A stretch of DNA of 64,000 nt from Balanoglossus misakiensis (Eukaryota; Animalia; Hemichordata). This document shows positions 37,665-48,687 of this stretch, piece after piece (positions within the stretch are counted from its first letter, which is position 1; each line of letters starts with the position of its first letter). The stretch spans positions 9,501,097-9,565,096 of the forward strand of contig CM082598.2 in NCBI GenBank assembly GCA_040954595.2, in the 5' to 3' direction. The notes beneath the pieces were generated by a model. The model saw only the letters and a program-made list of their open reading frames with translations, had not been told where the DNA came from and did no database searches. Both the position numbers and the translations under genes were made by a program.

Positions 37665-39210
37665 TTCATCTATGTATACAAAAAATATATGTACCTGTGG
37701 AAATTTAAAATTCACAATCACTCCATTATCTGTATATGACAGATATGTTTTTTTATTGAATAAATATTTGCTAGATACATGGCATATGTTTGGTTGATAT
37801 GTCCTTGATAATACAAAATATTTATGGAATATACAGTAAACCGGAAAATTGTCATGATATGAAATTTTCGCGATATCAAAGGCGGCAACTTTTACTCAAT
37901 GATTGATTTCACTAACTGCATCGTTATCTCAAAAAAAAAATTTTTAATAGACTTTTCATTTTTCATGTTTTTTTTTGGCTCTTGCGAAGTTCGTGAAAAT
38001 TTCTTGTTTGCAAAAATATTCCATTACAGTATATACAGGGTTGTACGGTATAATGAGCAACATAGGATTCATGTTATTTTCCATTTCAGAACTGCATTTA
38101 CTGATTAATGCATAATTTTAACCTACGTATTCAACATTTCCTATCTTAACATATGTCCTGATTAACCTTACATATTTACCAGAAGTGTACATGGCTCAGG
38201 TTACAACAGTTGAATAATAAACATGCCTTTAGAGGTAAAGGCCCACAATCATTTTATGCGCATGAGCGTAATTTCATGTGTACAAACATTACGTCCAATC
38301 CCAATGTTCTGCAAATTTTGCATTCGACTGCCTTCGCTTCCTTCCATATTTCATGCGCACCATATAAGTAGACTGTAATTTTGTCCCTTCTATTCATCCA
38401 ATTTGCTGTCTTTTCCTGATCTCACCGCCATCCTGTCTGTTGTTAGGACAGCAGACTTCCTTTTTGTCTTTCTTTCTCTGGTTTGGAACATGCACATAAG
38501 GCTATCGTCCTCCTTTAAAAACGACCCAGCTGTTGATGCAAAAAAAAATCGGAACATGCTGTTTGTGGGGGCGAGTTGCTTTAACTTGAGCTGAAATGTT
38601 TCAGAAACATTTCCATGGTCGCTGTGTAAATGTCATATTTTTTCAAAGAGATTATCATTTGGGGAATTATACCCCTACAAAACATTGTGGGTTAGTATTT
38701 GACCAGGGGCTTAATCCCTGCTAATGATAACCTCTTTGGAAAACTAGATACATTGATAGTGTACAGAAAGATACAGGTGGCTTAATTACCACTATTGGCA
38801 GAAGATTTGGGGGTAAAATCATAACATTAATTTATTAAATTTAATTTAAAAACCAACAAAATGCTGTCTGAAACCTGGCCTGTGGTTAGTCACATTTTCC
38901 CCAAGCCATGTTCTCCTAATACATGTAATAAGTTATAATTAGCCAAAATTAGCCTATAATAGCCCAAAACGCCACCAAAGTGAATTAAATTCACTTGCTA
39001 CCTGTCAGTATGTCTATATGATTACATATGTTTCAATCATCCAATCAATCTCAAACAGCATGTCTGAGAATTAGCAGTAGTATGAATGAACTGCAGACTG
39101 TGACTTATTAGTGTTAGGTAATCCACTCATTAATAAGGTTGATAATACAAGGTCGTGACCACAAATCATGTCTTCTGCAGTACATTTCAATATTTAGTAA
39201 CTCTGTATAT

Positions 39211-40192
39211 AATAATAATAATAATAATTTATTCAGTACCAATGGCCACCGGCCAAACTGTACAAAAATTCCAAGTATTACAGGTTTATGACGCTAGTAC
39301 AGTATAAAAAATAGATGCACTGTCACAATTCTGGAGATGGAAATACAGAGACATAATAAACTATACATGTATATTGTTCAAATTATCATGTCTACGTTTT
39401 GTTGCATAGAATATGTATCTGCTGAGATTACGAACAGTTTCTACTTTCTCTGAAGAGAGAAGTAGTGTGAATTTATACAGAACAGGGGGGTTGTGAAAAT
39501 AGTCTGGAATATATTTGACTCTCAAATCAGAGTACTTTGGACAAACTAACAAAAAATGGAATTCGTCTTCGACATATTTCAAAGAACACAAATCACACAG
39601 TCTGTCATGGCGTGGAATATTACTCCATCGTCCGGTCTCTACCTTTAAACAGTGAGCAGAGACTCTAAATTTGCATAGGGCTAGCCTGAATACAGGTTTC
39701 TCAATCTGTAACAAATATGGTTCTACACAGAGTTCTTTTTTAAAAGTTGAATAGGTTTCCAACCTTCTAGAGTGACTCAAATTTTCAGTCCATGACTGGA
39801 CATCAATATCAACACATCTTTGTTTAAAAGTCTTTAAAAACATAGCTTCATTTCCAACACCTTGGTTTTCCCATACTTCACCAAAACCATAACTCTGTAG
39901 CAAAAAGCGTACATTTTTTGCCCAAAACTTATAACGTGTAACATCAATATTACAAAGCTGAAATTCATAGCATTTATATACAATTCTATTTTTATCCATT
40001 TTCAAAATACGGAGCCAATATTTGATAATTTTACAATAAATATGCACCCTTAAGGTAACTCTACCTAATTCGCCTCTCATGGCTACTACTGAAGTATTTT
40101 TATACAGTTTTAAAGCATAACGCATCATTTTGTTGTGAAGCTTCTCAATGTCATGAGCTGGGTGGAAGCCCCAGATTTCTGAACCATACATG
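39211..40192 (-). mobile_element. 5'-truncated non-LTR retrotransposon (RTEX-like, clade inferred)
   Basis: Open ORF2 C-terminus at 39361-40191 (YGSEIWG, GELGR, FRVSAHCLKVETGRW, CDLC..EDEFHFLLVC). AATAAA plus (ATT)n tail. 12-bp TSD AACTCTGTATAT (39199-39210, 40193-40204). Confidence 0.9.
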
Positions 40193-40279
40193 AACTCTGT
40201 ATATACTGCAGTATAGTCATGGACACAGTCAACAACATAGCTGGGGCAATCATAGATGTAGCACCATCATCAACCATTT
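40125..40279 (-). CDS. Terminal exon of the EGF-repeat gene (GPI-signal-like tail), reading into the LINE
   Basis: TTTATTTGCAG acceptor at 40280. Phase 1 matches the EGF exons. Peptide QMVDDGATSMIAPAMLLTVSMTILQYIQS; the pre-insertion end would be TAC TAA at 39194-39199. Confidence 0.65.
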
Positions 40280-40332
40280 CTGCAAATAAAACGTAGAGTA
40301 TTGTCTTTTCATCAAGCAATTCATGCAGTTTA

Positions 40333-41570
40333 GGGACCGTTCAGTTTTTACGGCTGGGGTGGGGTGGGGGGGGGGGCAAAATCCAGGGGGGTCACTTAAA
40401 TTTTGAGGTCCAAAAGGGGGGTCATCTTTTTTTTAAAACATTTAGGGGGGGTCACCCACACCCACCCCCACCCCCTCCATTCTTCGTCACATTTCATTTA
40501 TTGGCTGGTTTGTCTAGTGTACCAGGGCAAACTTCTTGTCACCCCACCCCCACCGATGCTTATTTTGAGTGGAGTGGAAAAAGTAAAATTTGTCCTCCCC
40601 AACATTGAGTTAATTTGCTTTTCAATCAATCAATCAAATTTATTTCACTTTCAATTTTTTTACATCGAATGGTGAAAAAAATGTACTATTTAAGTGAAAA
40701 AAGGAGGTAGGAAAAATAGTGCACTCGCACTAGTCAAGTCCACCCCCTCATGGTGAACAGTAGAACACTTGGTTCGTAATACATACAAAAGGAAAAAATA
40801 AAAGTCAAACTATACTTTTCCTAACAAGGATTTCATCTGTTTCTTAAATGAAAATTTTGACCTTGTTGAGCGCATATTTTCAGGAAGTTTATTCCAAACC
40901 TTTGCTGCAGTGTACTTTATGGAATGTTGGCCAGCATTACTGTTATATTTCGGAATAAGAATTCATTAAGAATTCAAGAGTTCATTAAAATGCAACTTTG
41001 AGCACCGTATTTTACAAAATTTTCTTACCCACCCCCTTCATTCTTCGCCACATCTAGTGTACCAGGGCATAGTACTTGCCCACCCCACCCCCGATGCTAA
41101 CTTTGAGTCAGTGGCAAAAGTAAAATTTGTCCTCCCTAACATTGAGTTAATTTGCTTTTGAGTTCATTAAAATGCAACTTTGAGCATTTTACAAAATGTT
41201 CTTATCTTTCTTCACCCACCCCTGCCACTTTTCTTGTTTTACCAATTCTAGCAACTATTGTATTGACTTGTCATTTTAATTTGTTCATTGATTTCTTTAT
41301 TGCAACGATATACTATTATATACTTCAATAATACTTTAAGTAATTTTTAATTGAGGTGTGAGGAGCCTCATTCCCTTTATGGCATACAGTGTACATAGGA
41401 TCAGGATGGCGAATGTTTTCGGTGTGGGGGGGGGGGGGTCATCATAGTTTTTGACCTCTCAAAGGGGGGGTCATCATTTTTTGGTCCTTGGTGAAGGGGG
41501 GGTCGGCCTGATTTTGAAAACAGATGACACAAACTTGCCCCCCCCCCAGCCGTAAAAACTGAACGGTCCC
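40333..41570. mobile_element. PIF/Harbinger-like MITE with G-tract subtermini
   Basis: TIR GGGACCGTTCAGTTTTTACGGCTGGGG. TTA TSD. Internal tandem duplication. Second copy at 45547-46486. Confidence 0.85.
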
Positions 41571-41774
41571 TTAATTCTAATAATCACATCATTGGGAAAA
41601 GTCAATTATATATAACATCCATGCTACTGAATTTCAATTACTTTGTAAATAATTCAAGACTAGTATCAAATTACATAAATTTTCCAGTGCCAAGGCAAGA
41701 AAATTATGTATGCATGACATGTTTATATGTACTGGTATGTATGAACATGTATGCTTATATAAAGTTAGGGTATT

Positions 41775-41902
41775 TGGAGAAACGATAGGCGGTATAATCT
41801 CTACAACGTTGTTTCATGACTCACTGGACTCATCAGGAGACTAAACTGGTCAGTGACTCACGAAACAATGTTGTAGAGATTATACCGCCTATCATTTCTC
41901 CA
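41775..41902. repeat. Hairpin (inverted repeat), possibly a Penelope-like terminal remnant
   Basis: TGGAGAAA.GATAGGCGGTATAATCTCTACAAC.TTGTTTC pairs with GAAACAA.GTTGTAGAGATTATACCGCCTATC.TTTCTCCA. Confidence 0.7.
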
Positions 41903-41982
41903 GCTACCTTTTCTTTATATTCCGCTCAACTTTTGTATTGAGCACTTTGTATCGGACCAGTCGAACTGCATACTTCATATAT

Positions 41983-42085
41983 TATGTATGTATGTATGTA
42001 CCGGTATGTATGTATGCATGTATGTATGTATGCATGCATGAATGCAATGCATGCATGTATGTATCGGTATGTATGTGCATACATG
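41983..42085. repeat. Imperfect (TATG)n microsatellite
   Basis: Run of TATG/CATG tetramers. Confidence 0.85.
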
Positions 42086-42200
42086 TGTACGCAAAAGGGT
42101 ATTTCCTTAATTATTACCACATCTTTCTTAGAGATATAACCCTTACATATACACTGCACTGATTGTATATTTAAAATTTCATACCTGCATCACAGTTTAA

Positions 42201-42705
42201 AGGCACGTAAGCTGCAACTGGATAAAAAATTAAAGTTTTAAATAATCTCATATATGCTTTTAATTATGTCTATTAAATGCTATTTCATGATAATATATCA
42301 AGCTCAACACTTATTTATGACAAAATGGCCAAAAATTAAAGAAAAACAAAAATTCCTGCAATTTTAAAAAAAAGTGCAATATTGCAATGAAAAATATAAA
42401 TCTGGTGTCTCAGTGGTGTACATTTACTTCCATGAGCTCAAGTGGATGAGATCATGTTTTGTTTATGAAGTTTCACAACCGGAAATGCGACATTTTCATT
42501 GTTTCTTTCATTTTCCCACGGTGGTGGCCATAATCGCTTGCGGCAAAGCTTTATTATTTATCTGGTTAAAACTTGCATATGCACTCATATTTAGGGTTTA
42601 CAATGCTTGTGTATTGTTCACTGCCTTCATCTGCATGGACTAATGGTAGTGCAGTTTGAAACAAAAATTATGAAAATTATCCCAAAAGTTACAGCTTACG
42701 TGCCT
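42201..42705. mobile_element. TTAA-flanked MITE (Kolobok-like)
   Basis: TIR AGGCACGTAAGCTG(C)AACT / AGTT(A)CAGCTTACGTGCCT. TTAA on both sides. Purine-purine termini. Confidence 0.8.
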
Positions 42706-43498
42706 TTAAGCCATGCCAGCCTTCATGACAAGTACACGTCACACAGCCTGATAAGGAGCATGTAGAGATTTCAATTGTACTTTCCCCATGACTAATTACA
42801 CATACACCATTTGTACACAAACTTCTTCCACAATATTCTGGAATGCAAAAACATTACAACATTGTAAACATTGTAATTACATGGATGGTAAAAGAGCTTT
42901 TGAAGGCCATAAAAATAAGAAATAAGTTAAAATTTCTCTAGAATAAAGATTTTGTGGAAATTAAAGGCTTATTTAAGGATGTATGCTCAGTAAAATTGAA
43001 AGTGTTGTCATTTCTTTTAAAGCTCTAGTATTTCATCATAACTGTTCAGTATCAATTAATTATCATGTACTTTTAGAAATTGAAGATGCCGTTTCAAACA
43101 AAATTATGCGAAAATGAGAAATACTGTGGCTTTAATTGTTGATTTAATGGTGTATGTAAAATGAAAATCTTTGATAAAATATAGGGGTCACCACGCTCAA
43201 TTTTGAAATACAGAGCCATGAATATAGTCGATAATTGAAGAAAACTGCTGAGTCAGCATTTTTAACCAATGGATTGTCTATGGGCAAAAATTTAAACGAA
43301 ATTTATCACAAAATAGATCTAGAGCAATTTGATTTGACCAATGAATTCATATTGACTGGACTGAGCTACATGTAAAATTTCGTGAAAACGACAATAGTAG
43401 AAATGTGTTTTAACTTGCAATTATCAATGTAATCCTATGGAAAAAAAATACATGTGCACTAGTTATCAGTGTACTTTCTGTATAATCATTGGACTCAC

Positions 43499-43591
43499 GG
43501 CAGCTGGTTCCTGACCATGGATCTTCACAAATACATCCAGAGCCATCAACAGCGCAGTATCCATGTGCACAATTCTTTCCATTGCAAAAAT
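43499..43591 (-). CDS. EGF-like repeat exon (third in window order of transcription)
   Basis: 93 bp, phase 1-1, CTGCAG|...|GTGAGT. Peptide DFCNGKNCAHGYCAVDGSGCICEDPWSGTSC has six Cys and the CxC...W.G..C pattern. Confidence 0.85.
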
Positions 43592-44707
43592 CTGCAGTAA
43601 TGGAAAATACACAACCATGATCACTCATGGGCCTACCAGGTAGACATATAATAAAAACTCAAGAACAAACTTGACTCAAATACATCAACTTTTCACCACT
43701 GCGCAAGCTTAAATGTATTATGGTCACGGATGAGCTGATCCTTAGGCCAAAAAAATAATATAAGCTGTTCCGATTACACGTTTTTTTCAAAAATAGGGCA
43801 GGTAGGTAGGGAAATGTTTTTATTTTGCAATTTTTAGGTCCGATTGGTATGTACCGTGGGACCTTATGGGATCGGTTGCGTCTGTATGTATGTATGTATG
43901 TCTGTATGTATGTATGTCTGTATGTCCGTCCACATCAAAAACTTGAAAACCGCTGCGCGTATGACCTCGTTATTTGGTGTGTAGATGCAGGCAGGGCTGT
44001 AGATGGGAGTTTGTTCAAATGAAGTCGTCATTGCCCAAAATATGCAAATTAGCTGGGAAAATGTGAAATTGGTCAAAACTCAAAAACTCGACAACCACTG
44101 GTCATATTGATTTGAAAATTGGTATGCATGTACCTTATGTCAACCTCATACAGTCCTGTATGTTTTGAGCTAGTATTATCGATTTCCTATTTTTGATGCA
44201 TTTTTTTGTATTTTTCCATGTTATTGCTAAAAAGTCTTCATGTCTTCATTACTTCTTTGAAATTTAGTATGAAGATTCCTTATAGATGTCTGAGTAACCA
44301 TGAGTAACCATAGTTTTGTTCAAATTGTGGCAAAATTTGCATATTTATAATTTTGAGCAATATTTGCCATTTTTGGTCAAATTTTTTTTTCTTTAAAACC
44401 GCAAGCCAGACTGCTTTGCAACTTGGTAAGCATGTTCGTAGAGGTAACCTAAGTAAGATGTTGCTAAAAAAAATGTGATATTTGCATAAATGTGGTATTG
44501 GGGAAATCTTTGCAATTTTTGTCAAAAATTGTTTTCTCTGAAACTGCTTGTCATATTGCATTGAACTTTGGCAGCATGTTCCTTGTAGTGATTGAAGTAA
44601 GATATTGTACAATTTTGGTGATATTTGCATATTTGTGTTTTTGCCACTTTTTAACAAATATTTTCTGTGAAACTGCTTGTTGGATTGCTTTGAAATTTGT
44701 TTTTTCT

Positions 44708-47132
44708 CAATCTGATTAAAATCAGATGTAGGGAACGGCGACGTGGATTTTTTTATGCTGTCACCTCACACTACAAGTAAACACACAAAAATAAACCAGA
44801 ACGCGAGCGGTTCGGACGTTAGGACAAGTTAATCGCATCATATTTGGAGTCGGTTAGGAGGTAGAAGTAGACAGGGAAAGGATTTTACTTCAATCGATAA
44901 AATCGAATTTTGGCCGAAAACGCTGCGGTCCAGATCAGGAACACACAGACCTGTACGCAGAGCTATCGGTCGGTACGCGTTTCTGCAGAAATACAAACGA
45001 TCGTGGCGACAGAATCTCACCCTGGGATGGCCTTACACATATGTAATCGATTCTCTAACAATTTTACTCCGACTTGTTGCCACATCTTATACATTTCGGT
45101 GGCCGGTGGATAGAGGTTCAGTCGTCACGCTGAACTGGCTCGAAACCATTCCCCACGCTGATTCCACTCTCGCGCTGGGATACGTCTAGCTCCATGGTAA
45201 CAGCCGCAAGGGGCCAGATCATGTGATAATTAGGATGCCTATCGTTCGCTATGAGGCGATTGATTGGTTTCCTGGCCCAGTCGATTTCAACAAGCTCCAG
45301 TGGGAGTTGGTCAGATGTAGTGTGAGGCGACAGCATAAAAAAAAATCCACGTCGCTGTTCCCTACATCTGATTTTAATCAGATTGGTTTACATGTTGAGA
45401 TCGCCATACTGAATATAAGGTTTACAGCGAGTTGAGCCTTGCAGGGCTGGCCGTGTAACGCCGCCGCCAGGAACACACAGACCGACTGCACTGACTTGAC
45501 CTTCCTTAGCCGAAGTTAGCGTTATTTTTAAAATCCTGTCACATTAGGGACCGTTCAGTTTTTACGGCCGGGGGGGGGGGGGGGGGGGGGGGGGCGGTCG
45601 GCAAAATCCAGGGGGGGTCACTTAAATTTTGAAGTCCAAAGGGGGGGGGGTCATCTGTTTTTTTAAACGTTAAGGGGGGGGTCACATACTTTTGCCACCG
45701 AACTTTTGCTTTTGAGTCCACAAAATTGCAGTTTCGCGCCCTTTATTTTACAAAATTTTCTAATGTGGGAGGGGGACACCCGTCCCCTTCATTCTTTGCC
45801 ACATTTCGTTTTTTGCTGGTTTGACTATTCTACCAGGGCAGAGTGCTTGCCACCCCAACCCCACTGATGATAATATTTAACAAAGTAAATACATAAAGGA
45901 GAATAATCGTTTAAACCATTTCAAATAACTGATAGTTTTGCGCTGCATCTTCTATATACTAGAAGTTTTATAAATGATGTCATGACGAAGATGACGCCAA
46001 ATCTTCTAACTTTGAGTGGAGTGGCAAAAAGTAAAATTGGTCCCTCCAAACATTGAGATAATTTGCTTTTGAGTTCATTAAAATGCTACTTTGAGCTACA
46101 TATTTTACAAAATTTTCTTATGTGGGAGGGGGACACGCCCACCCCCGCCACTTTTCTTGTTTTACCAATTCTAGCAACTATTGTATTGACTTGTCATTTC
46201 TTTTTGTTCATAGATTTCTTTATTGCACTGATATACTATTATATACTTCAATTTATAATTTATAATTGAGGTGTGAGGAGCCTCATTCCCTTTATTGCAT
46301 ACAGTGTACATAGGATCAGGACGGCGAATGTTTTCGGCGTGGGGGGGTAATCATATTTTTGGGTCTGTCAAAGTGGGGGTCATCATTTTTTGGTGCTGGG
46401 TGAAGGGGGGGTCGGCCTGATTTTGAAAACCGATGACACAAACTTGCCGCCCCCCCCCCCCCCAGCCGTAAAAACTGAACGGTCCCTAATGGTTTTGGTA
46501 AACATGGCAGTGGAAATTGGTTTATTTTTTTATAAACATGTTGCTGAGACATCAACGCTGAATAATTAACACCATTGTGTGATCAAGTTCAGTTGTAGTC
46601 GGATCGAAACGTCGCAACTGTTTCAAAAATACTGTTCCAAAGTGACTATATTCCACTATCTACTTTCAAATTGATTCTTGGAACCATGAACAATATATTT
46701 TCCATTAGGTTATTTTTCCCGACTGGCGGCATGACTACCATGACGAGATTTTATGAATGATCAGCGAAAGTTCATCATTTGTATATGGCTACAGCTCGAC
46801 GTTGCACTGCTCTGCAAAAACCACTCGTATACGATGATGTCAAACAAAGAAAGATATGGGAGAATATGTAATTGTTCACAAGAGAAAGCCAGTCGGTCGT
46901 GTTCTGTGCGGTACTCGAATGAAGTCAACACCTAATTTATCCCATTTTCCCAGTGCAATTCTTGGGTTTTTGTTTCCTCCAGTGCGGTCGACGTAACATG
47001 CAATCTGATTGGCCGGGTCGTAATGCGCAATTTCAACGGCAGCTCCAGTGAGAGTTGGTCAGATGTAGTGTGAGGCGACAGCATAAAAAAAAACCATGTC
47101 GCCGTTCCCTACATCTGATTTTAATCAGATTG
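44708..47132. mobile_element. Composite TIR element: one left end, two right ends
   Basis: Left TIR CAATCTGATTAAAATCAGATGTAGGGAACGGCGAC at 44708. Right TIRs end at 45385 and 47132. The host repeat and a TTTTTTCT-like TSD resume only after 47132. Confidence 0.75.
45547..46486. mobile_element. PIF/Harbinger-like MITE (same family as 40333-41570)
   Basis: Same TIR GGGACCGTTCAGTTTTTACGGC and shared interior. TTA/TAA flanks. Confidence 0.85.
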
Positions 47133-48594
47133 TTTTTTTCTCTGATTGCTTTGAAATTTAGGATATAATTTCATAACACATACATGTATATGTGCAACTT
47201 TTATTCAATTCTGATATCAGAAATATTCAATATTTAGTGAGTTTTTGGGTCCCTTTGGTATGTACCATGGGACCTTATGGGATCGGTTGCATCTGTATGT
47301 ATGTATGGATGGATGGATGGATGGATGGATGTATGGATGTCTGTATGTCCGTCCACATCAAAAACTTGAAAACCGCTGCGCGTATAACCTTGATATTTGG
47401 TGTGCTGATGCAGGCTGGGCTGTAGATGGGAGTTTGTTCAAATGAAGTTGTCATTGCCAAAAATATGCAAATTAGCTGGAAAAATGTGAATTTTGGCAAA
47501 ACTCAGTAACTCAAGAACTACTGGTCAGATTGCTTTGCAAAGTGGTGTGTATTTACTTTATTGAGTTGTTTTAATTAGGCAGGAACTCCCCCCTGTGCTT
47601 TATATGACCACAACAAATTCCTGAATGATTACATAACTGGCTACGTTTTAAAGAGGCCAGCTGTTCTATTTAGTGTATGTACAGTACATATGCCATTGGC
47701 AGCTTATGGGTCAGTCAGTGCTTGCCCATTGATCTCTCGCTATGTGTGTGTGTGTCTGTCTGTCTGTCTGTATATGGCCATGTACTCCGGTGTAGACTTT
47801 TTCTTGTGTAATCCCTCAATGGGACCGCCGTGTCCTTGACGCGATTTTTTTGTAAGTTTCTTTGTTTTTGGTTTAGCAAATCTTCTCCTAAATCAATTGT
47901 CCAGTTATTTTTAAAGTTACTATTTACAAGGAGTTGTTACCCCAAACTAAGACATGTTTACATAACTTGAATAGGCCAGCTGTTACAGAGACCACCGGCT
48001 ATTACATTTTTAATTACCAGTGGCAGGTCAATGTGTGTCTGTGTGTCTGTTCCAGGGCTGAATGAAAGAAGTTGCTTCTCATATGTGTTTGTACAGACAA
48101 TTTTTGGTCAATTTTTTTTCTAGCACCATTTGTAAGACTGCTATGACACATGACACTTTATTGGGCATGTTCCTTGTTAATTTTTTTTACATTCCATATT
48201 TCTATATGGCAAGATCATATCTGCTTGCAATGTTACCTGTAATTTTTATTCTGGTGTGTCACTGTTTCTGCATAATCCTCAAATGGGACCACAGTGTCCT
48301 TGACGCTATTTTTTTATATCTTTGGCCGCCTTAGTGTAGAAGAATGATGTCATAGTTCTTGTGTGATTCTCGCAATTTTCTTAAATTTTGTATATTTGAC
48401 ATCGTTATTCTTACTTCCGGTTTACGAAGCTCGAAAATGTTAAGGGTCAGTGGGCTAAAATTAGGGTAGGTCGGGTAATCGGAACAGCACATATTTTTTT
48501 TATTTTGCCTTATGAGAGATTTAGATGTTTTACTTCTTATTTTTGCATGTTTTTGGCTCTTTCAAAGTGCACGAAAATTTCCCAGTTTACTCAC

Positions 48595-48687
48595 CACAGG
48601 TGTCTCCAAACCAGCCATCCTCACAAACACAGACTCCATTATCACATGTACCATGTAATCCACACGATGTACCATGTACACATAACA
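48595..48687 (-). CDS. EGF-like repeat exon (second)
   Basis: 93 bp, phase 1-1, CCCTATAG|...|GTGAGT. Peptide LLCVHGTSCGLHGTCDNGVCVCEDGWFGDTC. Confidence 0.87.

Larger units (their letters stand above)
43831..48313 (+). mobile_element. Helentron/DINE-like repeats (tandem/nested copies), split by the 44708-47132 insertion
   Basis: Family core at 43858 and 47268. The host sequence resumes at 47133. 3' motifs GGGACC..GTGTCCTTGACGC.ATTTTT at ~47821 and ~48285. Confidence 0.7.
43745..48509. mobile_element. PIF/Harbinger-like MITE expanded by nested insertions
   Basis: Ends GGCCAAAAAAAATAA..GCTGTTCCGATTAC / GTAATCGGAACAGC..TTTTTTTTATTTTGCC. TTA flanks. Confidence 0.65.
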
